Assembly: GCF_009914755.1 (NCBI RefSeq)
Contig: NC_060926.1
Direction: 5' to 3' (one strand)
DNA length: 64,000 bases
Source: the human T2T-CHM13v2.0 reference genome, Homo sapiens
Shown here: positions 14,248 through 28,084 of the stretch, in pieces
Numbering within the stretch: position 1 is the stretch's first letter
Layout: each line of letters opens with the position of its first letter
Program-made: the position numbers and the translations under genes
Notes under the pieces: generated by a model
Told to the model about the DNA's origin: nothing
The model's input: only the letters and a program-made list of their open reading frames with translations
Database searches by the model: none

Positions 14248-14292
14248 TTGGGGCAGTCAGTGCCCCAAGGTAGAGACAGAAGACAGCAGGGC

Positions 14293-14611
<319 letters not shown>

Positions 14612-14959
14612 TCAGGATTTTGAACTACAGGTTCAGAAGAAAATTTTGGCAGCGGGGGTGTTAGGAAGCGAATGGGTGCCTTTCCCTGAGTAGGATGGAG
14701 CAGCTGCAGCCAGGGCCGTGGGAAGGTTCCAGGCCAGCACAGAGTCAAGAAGGAAAAAAAATCACATTTTTAGGTCTCGAAGAAGACAGTGTTTAATGAC
14801 ATAGGAATTACAGCAGTTAAGTAGTGATAGGAGGCTTAATTTGTACTCAGGGGTTAGATTTATTTTAACTCTTGCTATACCTGGTGGTAATTTGGAGTTT
14901 ATGAAAAGAGAAATAATAACAGCAATAATGATGATGGTAACTAAGTCATGATAAACAGA

Positions 14960-15150
14960 AAAGCCTCTCACTTCTATCAGTTCATTTAATTCTGAAACAA
15001 CCCTCTGAGACATATTCTATTAGCATCCCCACTTCACGGAGAAGGAAACTGAGGCACAGAGGAGTTGAGTGCTAACTTGCCAAAGTTCACACAGTTGGTG
15101 GGTGGTGGAGCCAGGGATCCCGGTCCAGCTAGCGTGGCTCCAGAGTCTTT
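14960..15150 (-). mobile_element. MIR
   Basis: Core cccacttcacggagaaggaaactgaggcacagagg...acttgccaaagttcacacag. Confidence 0.8.
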
Positions 15151-15321
15151 GGGGTCTACCTGCTAAACTGGGTCATGTGGAATTTGTCATAATACTTTAA
15201 TATCTGTAGATAAAGCAAGGAGAGTGAATCTTCTGTTTGATTTTTGTTACCCAGGTCTGAAAATACTGAGTCATTTTTCTTACTGTACCCTAAATCGGCT
15301 ACCCTGATATTAGCTAAAAGC

Positions 15322-15425
15322 AGCGTGACCGACTGCCCCGTTTTCCCCGAGACTGCAGGTTTCTCTTGGGATTTTTGGTGCTAACACAGGGAGCATCCAG
15401 GCAAACCAGAACGGTTGGTCATCCA
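15322..15425. mobile_element. MER81/MER94-like hAT-Blackjack MITE
   Basis: gcgtgaccgactgccccgttttcccc ... ggcaaaccagaacggttggtcatcc form inverted termini. Confidence 0.65.
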
Positions 15426-17300
15426 AAAAGTGTGCCATTTAGAAGGAACAAATATATCTCTATGGACTCTCACTGATTTACTTTGTTTTGGCAACAAAAA
15501 CATCACGGGGCAGTTCTTACATTTTGTCTCTGGCAACAACTAATACTGTAGTTTAAGTATAATGGCCCTCATTTGCTTTTCATTAAGCAGTGGCTTTCTT
15601 CCCAGGCGTCCTGGGATGATTTTGCTTTGTTGTTTAATAGAGGGATGATGTGGCTAAGGGGATCCCCAGGCTTTCAAAGCCACTGCAGGTTGGGGGATGT
15701 AGGCACAGCTGGGTGCAGAGAGAGGCCCCTACGAAGGGAAAGGCCACTAGGGAGAATGAAAAATCTTCTGGGCTGTGGGGACTCTTCCTTCCAGGAGGTC
15801 TGACCTCTCTAACCTTTCAGGAACTCCCCTTGTACCGTGGCTCTCCCTGGGCAGGCCTAAAAGAGGATCTCATCTGGCGAGGACACACTGTAAAGGCCCA
15901 GACACCCGCATGCACCACCTTGCATCCGTCAGACAAACGCACACCGGGTTAGCCTTTCCATTCTTTGAGTCACTTGAAAATTCAGTGCCTGGTGCACAGC
16001 CAGCGCGCCTTTGATTTCTTCGCAGTAATTGGGCCATTGTCCGTGTCTCTCACCTCTCCCCAGTGCGGCCTCAGAGCGTCTTTCCCATTGTGCCCTTGGC
16101 TTTCTTTGTCACTTGGCCTCCTGCCATCCGCTGGAATCTTTCCCTTCACTTGAGTGACTTGGGAGACGGCACATTAATGCCAGTCTCTGTAGCAAGATCA
16201 TACTGTCTCCGCTCCATGCGCTATCTCATTTTATGCAACAGTTCAATCGTCCTGGGTGGGAGGAAAGTCCCTCTTGCTGGCTCGTTCCATTTTATCAGAC
16301 CAGGCAGCAGTCAAAATGAAGTGACAAGTGCTGGCGGGTGCTCGTTCCCTACGCCTCCATTTGGGCTCACTAATGATCTGCAATATCTGGGCTGAGGCAT
16401 GTAGATTTGCGGAAATAAGCCCTAATGGCTGCTAATTTCAAGTGGCATCAACTAAGTCACTCGGTCGGAAAGGCAGTATGCAGGTGGCACAAATTGTACA
16501 GATAGCCAGTAATGGGGATACTTTCAAACTCAATTCTTGCTTAAAAGTGAATAATTGAGAAATGAATAACCTGGGATTTGGAGTCATTTGTGTAGAATTC
16601 TATTTGCATAAAAAGAACCTATGTACCAGAACCAGAAACTCCGGTTTCTGCAGCAGACTAAATCATCCCAAGTGGTGATGGCTAAAATGGAACTCTGAAT
16701 AATTTCCTGACATTTCCATATCTCCTCTGCATGAGAAATAAGTTCTGAAACCCAAACAGCTCCTCAGAAAAAAAAATTATAAATAAGAAACTAAATATTA
16801 TTTTCTCCCTATCTCTGGAAATCGAGTGGTAGCACTTCAAAAGAGGTGCAATTAAACCGTTTGAAACCCCAATCTTAATCCATCATAAAACTCTAATAGT
16901 AGAGTTCTTCCTGGGGGCAAACTCCAGTCTGCTCTGAGGTTCCTGCTTATAATTATTTTACCGTTATAAGCATAATCATCTTTCTGAAACCTGGTGTTTA
17001 CTCTTCTAATCTATTTGCTTTACTCCCAACCATCAGCCAGCTCCCAGTTACAAAGACAAGCCTGGAAGGGAATGAAGCCCTTTCTAAGAACTAATAAAAG
17101 ACCATCTCTTCTGCAAGTGGTGTTTGTATCATGTTTGTCATCATTTGGCTAGAAGAGACTCTAGGAAATGGGAGGGAGATTATTACACAAGAATACATAT
17201 TGTAGGGAGAAATAAAGATGTGCCTATCAATTCTGTGTTCTATCCCAGAAATTGGGCGATGCAGATCCAAGATGCTCAGCGATGCTCATTTATTTGCTTT

Positions 17301-17341
17301 GGAGAGAGAGAGAGAGCGGGAGAGAGATGAGAGGGAGAGAG
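17301..17341. repeat. (GA)n simple repeat
   Basis: Direct reading. Confidence 0.85.
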
Positions 17342-18269
17342 TTGGAAGGTGTTTCAGCCCTGGGAAGCCAGCACTATTGTGCTGGGCCCTGGCATGGCAC
17401 TGAGGACATTGCTTAAGAGCTCACAATCAACTTATGATTAAAAATATGATGGAGAAGATTCTGGGTGTTGTCTGGCCTGGCAGACTCCTCAAGCTTAAAA
17501 GGGGAAGGAGGTTTCCTTTCTGTCAAGTTTTGCTTCGTGAATCAAGAGAAATTGTGTCACAGGTCCAAATTTAGAGTGTTTAAAGGATATTGCCTAATGA
17601 CATATTAACTTGTGGGCTTACTTATTCACTGCTGACTCTTCTTTCATGGACTCTTCTCAACTCTGCTTTGAACTGGGAAGGAGGCGACAGCTGTGGGTAA
17701 TGCGAGGATGCTGGGATGCTGAGGTGGGGGTGGGGGTGGTGGCAGTGGACAGATTGGTCCCTCCTCATCTCAATTGTCCTTCCTTTAACCCTGGGCAATA
17801 TCTCAAACAAGCCCTGCCTCCTGAGGGGTGAGATCTCAAACAAGGCTCACCATCCAGTGCAGCCTGCTCAAGGCACTCTCTCTGCCAAGGGCCTCACAGC
17901 CCCTGACCTGGGCTGCTTCCCACAGCATCTGCCAGCTCCAGGCTTATCCCACATCAGGACCATTCTACCAGAAGCTGTATACCTTGCCAGGGGAAATCTC
18001 TTACCCTGCCACATTTTCATTATGATACTCCTCCCACCTCTACACCTATAGTGCTAACTCATTGGCTACCATATTAGTGAAGCCCCAATTCAGTACCATT
18101 TCAACCCCTCTACCAGGCAGCAGTGTTGCCAGCCTACCAGGCAGTGTAGCTCTGCCTCCCAAAGGCTGAGGAGGATGTCGGTCATTGATGACCACACTCT
18201 GATTCTCCCAAATCTTTCTCAAAGCAGCCATCAAATGGCCACTAGCTACAAGCATGAGTTAGCAAGGAA

Positions 18270-18625
18270 GATTGCTCAGCAAGTAACTATTTGTGGCTCC
18301 TATGCTCCAAGCACGCTTCTGGGCCTTAAGGACAAAGCAGAAAACACAGAAAAGCACATGCCCTCATAGGAGACAGACAAGCAGGTATACAATTGGGCGT
18401 CAGATAGGGAAAATAACATCAAGAAGAAAAACTAAAGCAGGTTAAGGAGATGAAGTTTCCTGGGGAGTCATTTTGCTAATGGGAGTCAAAAAAGGCCTTC
18501 TAAGAGATGGTATTTGAATAGAGAACTGATCGAAGTGAGGGAACCAGCCCTGCAAACATCCAGGGGGAGAGCCTTCGGGGCAGGGGACAGCAAGTGCAAA
18601 GGCCCTGGGGTGGGAGCCCACTTGA
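18270..18625 (-). mobile_element. L2 3' fragment
   Basis: ggggcaggggacagcaagtgcaaaggccctgggg and upstream antisense L2-tail pattern. Confidence 0.7.
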
Positions 18626-19780
18626 GATCTGTTTGCCATCCTTGTCTTGCAGCCTGGCTCCAATCTACTGCCCCAGCCCATTTTCGTCTCCTGGCCAAGG
18701 GCAATCATTGTTCACACGTGCGTAATTCTCATCTTTGTCTCTGAGTTTGCAGTTACAATAAAGTGCTTGCAAAGTCTTGTTTAAATGGCTGAAATCCCTC
18801 CTGGAAGCTGCAGGAATTCAGAGGCTTGGATGTAGGTAAATGAAACAACCCTTGTTTTGCTTTCTGGCTAAATGTTGACCCTTCTTATTTATGTAAGGAG
18901 ATCAATTAGTCATGGAGAAGGGGTCAACTGACCTCTTGGATATTTGGTCCTGAACCATTTAGGAAGGTTTTGCCTTTTATTTAAGATCCTTAGCAAGCTT
19001 CCCTTGAAGTTACGTCTATTTTTATAGCCTGCCCCCTCACCTGCCCTCCGTCCTTCTTTCCTCCCTTCATTCCTCTCTTCCTTCCTCCCCACCTCTTTCC
19101 CTCTCCCAACTTGCTTTTCCCCCTTGTCTCCATCCTCCCTCCCCACACCTCCCCTGGTGTTCTGTGATGAACGCAGTGATGCAACTTGGGGCTTGTGGGT
19201 CTTCCCCGAAGGACTTCTGGAGGGGGCTCCTCCTTGATAGCCCCCATGCTGCCTGTTACCTGCACAGTGGGGGTCTTAGAGTTCATCCTGGCCTCCTGCC
19301 TGGGAGGACCCTAGCAAGCTCCACCTTTGGGATTTCGTCCACCCCTGTCCAGTCGCTGCTTCGCTCCTCTTCTTGGTTTGGGTTTGCTGGCTTCTATTAT
19401 TGGAGGTGGATCTCAGGGGATCTCGCGGGAATGCTCAGCACACGCACGGTTCATCTACTTAGGCTCCACAGTGCCTTGTTTTCTTTATGGTCAGGCATAT
19501 TTTGTTTCCATATTACTGGATCCATCCAGAGTCATTTTGAAGATTTTTTCCAGTGATACTGTTGGATGATGGAGAATCTCTGGATATGTGTGGGGGCAGG
19601 TGGGCAAAGGGAGTTGGGCATGGAGGTGGATTATAACATCAAACATTCGTCTCCAGCTCTCAGAACAAACCAAAGCCAAATATCCACATTCTGAGTGTTT
19701 CTGCTTCTGCCAGGGCCGAACATCTCCCTTTTCCATTTTGTTTGTACCTTTAGGACTTGTGTCAATGACCTCCCCTCTGA

Positions 19781-20109
<329 letters not shown>

Positions 20110-20147
20110 AGAACTCTTATTAAACTCATACTTTGCTTTTTGTTTCA

Positions 20148-20520
20148 TTCAGGGTATGCTAGTTATTAAAAACAAACAACAAACAAAATCTGAGTGGCTT
20201 AAAGGAATGACAACGTAATTCTTGCTCATGTCACAGTCCACGTGGGTTGGGCACTGGAACCAAGTCCCTTCCATTGTGGCAGAAGCATCTTCAACCTGTG
20301 ACCTCCTAGGGTACCAAAGAAGGATGGAGAGTGGAGGATCTCCTTGGAATGTTCCAGAGGCCAGGTCTGAGGGTGGCAGGTGTAATTTCTCACCATGTTC
20401 TTTTGGCCAGAACTCAGGCAGCTGGTCCTGCCTCTCTGCCAGAGGCACTGTAATGTAGTGAAGTTATCGGCCCAGGAAGAAAAGGGACACATTTGATGGG
20501 CACATAAGCACTGTCTCTGC
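20148..20520 (-). mobile_element. Old MaLR LTR (MLT1J/K-like)
   Basis: aaaatctgagtggcttaaa...ttcttgctcatgtcacagtcc, tggccagaactcagg. Confidence 0.6.
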
Positions 20521-21112
20521 TCTATTTGTTGATGCTTCACTTTGATTATATGTTGTCTAATTATCTTCATGGATGCAGAAAAGTGTTAAGGGGCCTCAGA
20601 AGTTTAATTTAAACATCTCATTTTGCAGATGAGGCCCAGAGAAGCAAGGTGACTTGCCAGGTGCAGTTTAGACTAGAATATTCCTCTTCAGATTCCTGGC
20701 CCGGAACTTACAATTCCACCCCTAAGCATTTTGCATTATTTTTACCTGACCAAGAAGCCATATACTCACTGAAGTTGGGAATTAGGTCTCTAATCCCAGC
20801 TCTTAGATTCGTGCTGGGTGTGAAGTAAACCCTATAATTGATCAGAAGTGAAGTTGCAGGGCACAAGTTTCCCTTTCCAAAGGGGAAACTCTCACGAGGA
20901 CCTTTTTTATACAGAGGGAGAGGGTGAAAGAAAGAAGGCATATGGCCATATTTCACAAATCTAGGACGCCAATGTCTGAAAGATGCCCCATAATTTAGTT
21001 ACCACCAAGGAAAAAAAACGCTGTAAATTAAATGTAGCAAAATGCTTTCTTATCACTTCAATTATAATTTTATACTTAGTAATAGAGCTAATATAGGTTT
21101 AATAAGATAGAT

Positions 21113-22120
21113 TTGTTAAACTGGAGTTACATATCCATAAAATTCACCATTCCAACCTTTTTTTGGGAGGGAGGGGGTCTCTCTGTCACCCAGGCTGGCA
21201 TGCAATGGTGTGATCATGGCTCACGATAGCCTTGAACTCCCAGGCTCAAGTGTTCCTCCCACCTTAGCCTCTTAAGTAGTTGGGACCACAAACACGCACC
21301 ACCATGCCTGGCTAATTTTTAAAAATTTATTTTTGTACAGACAGGGTCTCACTGTGTTGCCAGGGTTGCTGTCAAGCTCCTGGGCTCAAGCAATCCTCCC
21401 ACCTTGGCCTCCCAAAGTGCTGGGATTACAGGCATGAGTCACTACCCCCAACCTCCAACCATTTTCTAAGTGCAGAGTTAAGTGGCATTAAGTACATTTA
21501 CATTGTTATGCAACCATCACGCTTTATCTCTAGAACTTTTCTGTCTTTTCAAACTGAAATTCTGTACCCATTAAACAATTCCCCAGTAACCCCTCCTCTG
21601 AGCCCCTATTACCCACTACTCTATTTTGTGTCTCTATGGATTTGACTATTCCAGGTACCTCATGTAAGTGGAATCATACAGTAGTGGTCCTTTTGTGAGT
21701 TGCTGATTTTGTTTAGCATAATGTCTTCGAGGCTCATCCACATTGTAGCCCATGTCAGCGCTTCCTTCCATTTTAAGGCAGAATAATAATATTCCATTGT
21801 GTATATGCACATTTTGTTGTCCATTCATCCATGGATGGGCACTCAGGCTGCTTCTGGCTAGTGTGAATAATACCGCTACGAACATGGGTGCGCAAATATC
21901 TGTTTGAATCCTTGCCTTCAGTTACTTTGGTATATAGCCAGAAGTGGAATTGCTGGATCATGTAATTCTATATTTCATTTTCTGAGGAACTTCCCTACTG
22001 TTTTCCACACTGGCTGCCCCATTTTACATTCCCACCCATAGTGCAGGGGGTCCCCCTTTCCCCACACCCTTGCCAGTACTTACAATTTGCCATTTTAAAA
22101 TAATAGCCGTCCTAATTGGA
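21113..22120 (-). mobile_element. L1MB 3' end (nested in the Tc2 fossil)
   Basis: gtggcattaagtacatttacattgttatgcaaccatcac, gtacctcatgtaagtggaatcatacagta, gaagtggaattgctggatca; atagattt on both flanks. Confidence 0.85.
21158..21450 (-). mobile_element. AluJ (Jo/Jr-like) nested in L1MB
   Basis: gtgatcatggctcac, cctgggctcaagcaatcctccc; TSD tccaacc. Confidence 0.9.
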
Positions 22121-23484
22121 CATAGATTTTTATCACATAGCACTCTTGCAATTGTGTAAAAATGAAAATATAAGTGAAATTAATCATTTCAGGCATTGCT
22201 TAAACTTCTTTGCATCCAGTCTGACTTTCCTGAGGCACTGTGTGATTCAGAGAAGGTGACATTTTCCTGCCCAATGTTATGCTCTGTGCTGTAAGACCAT
22301 CAAACTCACTGGTGATGCAGCATTTTCTGAAGAAGGCCCTAAAAGCACTGGTGCTGGGCTCTTCAGCTAATGTTCTTTCTGTACAGCCAGCCCACTTGTG
22401 GCTCCTGCTTTGAGAATATTGCTAAGTATGCCTGGCTTACCATCTAAATACCATCTCCATACCATGTCCTGGCAACCCCTTAGCTCCCAGGAGTTTAAAC
22501 AGCACTCCACTCTGACGTCGGAGAGTTTCGTCCCAGCAGCTGATCTCTATTCTGCATGGTTTTGATGCTGGTATTTTAGATGTCAGTGCCTGCCCAGGAC
22601 TGTTGACAAAAGACATACGATGTCATTGATTGCAAGGCGTGTCTTAATTCCCGAAAGGTTAAAGTAAAAAAAGAATGTTTGTCTTAGAAAGGATGACATA
22701 TATTGATAAACTATTATAGGTAAGTATTGTATTTTGTACATGGATCACTTGATAGGAAGCCTCTGCTGTAGCTCAGCCCCTCATTTAAAATTACCATTTA
22801 ATAACTTGGTGAGCAGGGCAAGGAGGGCACAGCCCACCTCATTGAATGAGACTAGAGCCCCTTTCCTCCTGGAGTCACATGAGCAGGGGTAGCAGTGCTG
22901 TCCCAACAGGTGGAGAAGGTACACTGGGTGACCTGCAGGGTGTGGAGCCTGTTACTCTTGGAGACAGAGTTTAGTCCGGTCCTTTGTAGAAGAACAAGGC
23001 CTATATGGAACAAACATGAAGGCTTTTTCCAGCCATGAGACAGGGGAGTGAACATCATTTGTGCACTGAAGAGAGTCAGTTGTTCTTTCTGATGTGTGAA
23101 ACAATTTTTTTCATCTCTGTCAATACTTTTGGAAAAGGTTAACCCTTTAATTTGTCCCTGAACTCTGTTCTGGGTTTATTTGCTGTGCCGCAGGATCATA
23201 AAGAAGTGTGCAACCTGGAACCTGTGCATCTGGATTACTCCTGGGACATTTGAAGGAAATGAATGACAAGGTAGAAACATCCAAAACAATCATGAAAACA
23301 GAGAAAAAGATCCCAGGAGAGAAAAATTTAGAAAATTCGTTAAACCCACGATGATGAATTTATCATTCATTTGCATTTTTATAATTGGAAAATATAATAT
23401 AGATAGAAAGAAGTGTATTAAAAACACACATTCCAGTAAGTCATAATTATAAAGCCCACGGATCAATAACTGGAATGCAGTTAG

Positions 23485-23981
<497 letters not shown>

Positions 23982-24110
23982 CACCAGCTTTAAATTCTTA
24001 ATAGTTCTTTGAACTTGTGTTTTGCAAGTCAAGTCCAATGTGGCAATGGAACATTCATGTAAACAGAGGAGATGTACGTAGGGAAGTGAAAACCTTTTTA
24101 TTTTACTACC

Positions 24111-24411
24111 TTTTTCTTTTTTGAGACAAAGTCTCACTGTTACCCAGGCTGGAGTGCAGTGGCATGATCTCGGCTCTCTGTAACCTCCGCCTCCTGGGTT
24201 CAAGTGATTCTCCTGCCTCAGCCTCCTGAGTAGCTGGAATTACAGGTGCACGCAACCATGGCTGGCTAATTGTTGTATTTTTAGTAAAGACGGGGTTTCA
24301 ACATGTTGGCCAGGCTGGTCTTGAACTCCTGACCTCAAGTGATGCTCCTGCCTTGGCCTCCCAAAGTGCTGGGATTACAGCTGGGTGTGGTGGTGAGCCA
24401 TCACACTTGGT
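24111..24411 (-). mobile_element. AluS (Sz/Sx-like)
   Basis: Antisense dimer; odd insertion near the 5' end (see findings). Confidence 0.9.
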
Positions 24412-24537
24412 TGTATTTTAGTACCTTTAATGCCACTTTTTTCCTTCTTTTTGGACAAGGGGCTTCATGTATTCATTTTGCACTATGCTCTGTCAATTGA
24501 TTACAGAGCTGGTTCTGGCAATAGAAATACTTTTTGC

Positions 24538-24538
24538 A

Positions 24539-24573
<35 letters not shown>

Positions 24574-24615
24574 GGAAAAGATAAAAAAAGGAAGGAAGAA
24601 AAGAAAAGAAAAAAG
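24538..24615. repeat. A/G-rich low-complexity tract
   Basis: Direct reading. Confidence 0.85.
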
Positions 24616-24999
24616 TTAACTGGCAATTCTTGTTAAGGAAACCTGTGGATATTTTCTACTGACCCAGCTGGAGGCAGACCTCCAGCTACTTCGGTGGTAA
24701 GGGAAGGGATGACCACTCAGCAATTCATCTCAGTCACTGAACAAACATAAGGGCCAACCATACGAAAGGTGCTGTGACAGATTAAGGAAGAGTTTCCTCA
24801 GGGAACTGAGTTTCTGGGACAAAATAAAAGATACATTTTCCTCCCCAACTCTTATTTTGCCTGTCAGTGTCCCTCTATTGCACCACAGTGGGAGTGATCC
24901 TTCAGATTTAGGACACTTCTGTCCTTAAAGCCTTTCAATGGCTTCCCAGTGCCCTCGGGATAAAGTGCAAACTTCCTAACCAGTGGTGATTACTCCATA

Positions 25000-25545
25000 C
25001 ATTTCCTGCAGTAATTATCAGACAACAGAACTCATAATGGGTCAACAATAAGAAAATTTCATACCTCACAGAACAAGAAGTGCAAGGAAGAGAAGCTTCA
25101 GAACCACTTAATTCTTCAGCCCAAGGATCCCATCATGGACGAAATTCTCTGCATCTGGCCACTTTGCCTTCCAGCACATTGATTCTTCTTCTGAGGTTGG
25201 TTTTTCTTTTGATCCTAAGATGTAGCCAGAATATACCCACAGGGGAATAAAGGCAAAAGGCAGGGAGGGGACCTTTGTTCCTGTGCCACTCTTAGTTATT
25301 AGGAAAACCTCTGTAGAAAGCTCTTTTCCCCATTGTCTTCTCCGCAAGCACAGCATTGCATTCTTTTTAGTGTGAAACCAATCCCTGGAGTGGTCATGGG
25401 ATATTACCATGATTGGCTTAGATCTTGGAGTGGGGAGGGGCCTCACCTCCTCTCAGTGACTTGCTGCTTCCTAATTAAATAACTTAGGTTCCAGTTGTGA
25501 AGAAGTATAGCCAGGGGTAGCGCAATCAGCAGTGCCTCCCACACT
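25000..25545. mobile_element. Old MaLR LTR fragment (MLT1-like)
   Basis: gacaacagaactcataatggg...tcatacctcacagaacaagaagtgc; taccatgattggcttaga. Confidence 0.5.
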
Positions 25546-25778
25546 GGCCCAGCCAGACCTTCTCTACCAGCCCCGCTTGCTCACTCAGCCTCTCCATGAC
25601 CATGTCTCCTTCATGTCCCATTCCTCAGCCAATAAAATTCCTCTTCTTTTCTCAACCTGCCAGCTCTGACTTTGTTTGCGGTGTTTGCTCATGCTGTTCT
25701 TTTTACCTGGAATTCTCTTTCCACTGAAGCACCTATCCCCAGCCCCCACCACACGCACTCACATATGTGTGTGTACAC

Positions 25779-25781
<3 letters not shown>

Positions 25782-25812
<31 letters not shown>
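25782..25812. repeat. (CA)n microsatellite
   Basis: Direct reading. Confidence 0.95.
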
Positions 25813-25814
<2 letters not shown>

Positions 25815-26037
25815 ACCTCTCTACCCGGCTAACTCTTGCTTGGCCTTTAGGTCTATAGTTGAAGCCAGCAATGGGAAGTTGGCAGCCTCTGGTCTCTTGA
25901 CATATTGCATTTGGTTTCATCAGTGTTTTTCTATTTTTGGATTAGTTCTGGACATTTAAAAATAAAAACCCAGTGTTTTGGACGTCTCTTGAAAATTGGG
26001 AACAGACACCAGGTCCACATGGTCTCAGCACTCCATT

Positions 26038-26800
26038 GTGTTACTGGACCGACCTGGAGTCTGCTCACCTGGTGCAGTAAGACCAAACATTCACACTGAG
26101 GTTTTGCAGTAGGAGAAAGGAGGGTGCCAAGCAAGGAGAACTGGGCAGCTCACGCTTAAGACTTGACCTCCCTGATGGCTTGCAAGCAAGAGTTTTTAAA
26201 GGCAGGGGTAGATTTCAGGAAAGCAGAAGTTATGGGCAAAATCGTAAATCAATGCATGCAGGTTACACATTGGTTTGGCCTAAAAAGGTGGGATATCTTG
26301 AAGGTGGGGAAGGCCTTACACATCATAGGTGGATTCAAACATTTTCTGATTTGCAATTGGCTAAGGAAGAGAAGCTTTGTCTAGAGACTTGGAATCAGCA
26401 GAAAAGAATGTTGGGTGTGGCCCGTGGGCCTCATTTCCTCCAGGCCCCTCAGGAAGAAATTTAGAACAAACAACGGTGGTCAGAGTTTAGTCCGCAGTTT
26501 CCTCTTATCTGAGGTCTATAGGCCAGCAGATCCATTTGGTGAGGGCGGGGTTTCTGAGGAACAACTCAGGGACATACGTTAAGATGTTATCTTTAGTTTC
26601 CACAGGGAACCAAACATCTTGTGATTTTTAACTTCCATTGGCTATTGTCTTAAGCTGCTATCACCTTCTTGCTTACCAAGTTGCTCATTTACTTTCTCAG
26701 GGCTAGCTAGGTTCCTAGAGTTTCCCTTGAAGGAACTCAAGACTTTATTTTATTTCCATGTATGATAGGGAGTCGGGAGGGACAAAAGAATGGGTCCTTG
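26038..26800 (-). mobile_element. ERV1 LTR, MER31-like
   Basis: gccaagcaaggagaactgggcagctcacgcttaagac...gtttttaaaggcaggggtagatttcaggaaagcagaagtta, ggattcaaacattttctgatttgcaattgg. Confidence 0.7.
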
Positions 26801-26829
26801 TTCCTTCTCAATTGCTTCTCCTGGGGCTA

Positions 26830-27120
26830 AGGGACAAGAAAAGGAAACAGTCCTGTTGGAGCAAGGAGGCAGAGTTGTGGACCTGCTTATAATTGGAGGC
26901 CTGGCCCCAAGGTATGGAAGAAGGAAGAAGAAATTCCCTCTTTTTCTTCATGCCTTCCAATCTCTTGCCAGCCTCTCCCATTGGCTGAACTCAACCAGAA
27001 GTCCTGCCAGCACAATGCATTTTGCAGAGGGCAGCCTACTACTGGGGCACACACCGAACAGAGCAGAGGAAGGGAGAGAAGTGATCTGGGTGGGGAGCAA
27101 GCAGACAGCAACCAATGCAA
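26830..27120 (-). mobile_element. MLT1K/L-like MaLR LTR fragment
   Basis: ctcccattggctgaactcaaccagaag...gggcagcct...gagcagaggaagggagagaagtgatctggg. Confidence 0.55.
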
Positions 27121-28084
27121 AGTCCTTCCAAGAAGAGCTCACCCTGGAGCTGAAGCAGAAGTATGGAGGAAAAGTATAGAGGAGAAAATCCTGTTTTCAA
27201 GATTTTTGGTTGTTGTTGTTGTTCCTTTAGAGCTTTTCTGCTGTTGATGCTGTTGTTTAGTTTGGCTTATTTATCAGTTATCGTTTTATATATGGGGAAG
27301 TTGCTGTCTGGTTTGCAGTTATTAGCACATGTAAATGTGTCTGCTGAGCCAGCTACCCCTTGTAAATCACAGATAATGTCTTCATTCACCAAGGCAGAGG
27401 AGCTCTATTTAACATTTGGCCTTGGGAGTAAAAATCAAAATGAGGTGCTCAGTAGTGTGGGGGTTTTGTCTTGTTCTTTCAATGACTGAGTGCATTCACT
27501 GATGGTCAGACCTCCACAACGGCATGTGCAGCACGTGCTGTTTCCAATGCCACAGGGAAGGGTGGAAACTACTTTTGTGATCAATCTAGATTTCCCTGTA
27601 GCTCTGAATTAAACAGAAAACTTGCATAAATCTCCTCCTTTCAAAACATAATTCTCTTAAAAAATGAGATTTAGATTGGCTTGGTCCTTCTGTTTCCTGA
27701 GACAGAAGGAACATTCGGTAGATTTGGTTCCTCCACCACTGTAGGGAGAACGGCCGGGGTTCGATTTCTGCACTTTGGGGAATGAACCTGGGCATAGACT
27801 TAGAGGAACTAAGATCCCATTGTTATTCAAACTATGCAAGTTTAGAATGTAAAGTTTGGAGTAGATTTCTTACTGTGATTTAGTCAGAAAAATCTCAAAC
27901 CCTATGTCTCTCCACCAGAAGTTCTGAAAAATGAGACCACGACAATAGGCGTGCACTCTGTTGCCTCCCCAGTAAACACCCAGGGGCCAGGCACTGTGCA
28001 GGTTCCCAGCTATGACTGGAATAACAGACACACCTGGTGACCACATTGAAGGGGCTCAGGTGGTGCTGTTTATGCTTAAAGTGC

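Larger units (their letters stand above)
20946..22703 (-). mobile_element. Tc2/pogo-type DNA transposon fossil (Kanga1/MER104-like) split by an L1MB plus AluJ
   Basis: Left terminus ccatatttcacaaatctaggacgcc; right terminus gtcttagaaaggatgacatat; minus strand ~22293-22340 reads RAFFRKCCITSEFDGL, like the pogo transposase C-terminal FKKCCITNALDG. Confidence 0.65.

Noticed and set aside
17722-17748. G-quadruplex candidates (also ~35776-35800)
   Set aside because: Only 2-3 full G-runs; common in the genome and no functional context.
27710-27800. tRNA-like segment (ggtaga...ggccggggttcgattt B-box)
   Set aside because: No acceptor stem or cloverleaf; the downstream tgaacctgggcatagactta suggests a degraded MIR head or chance.
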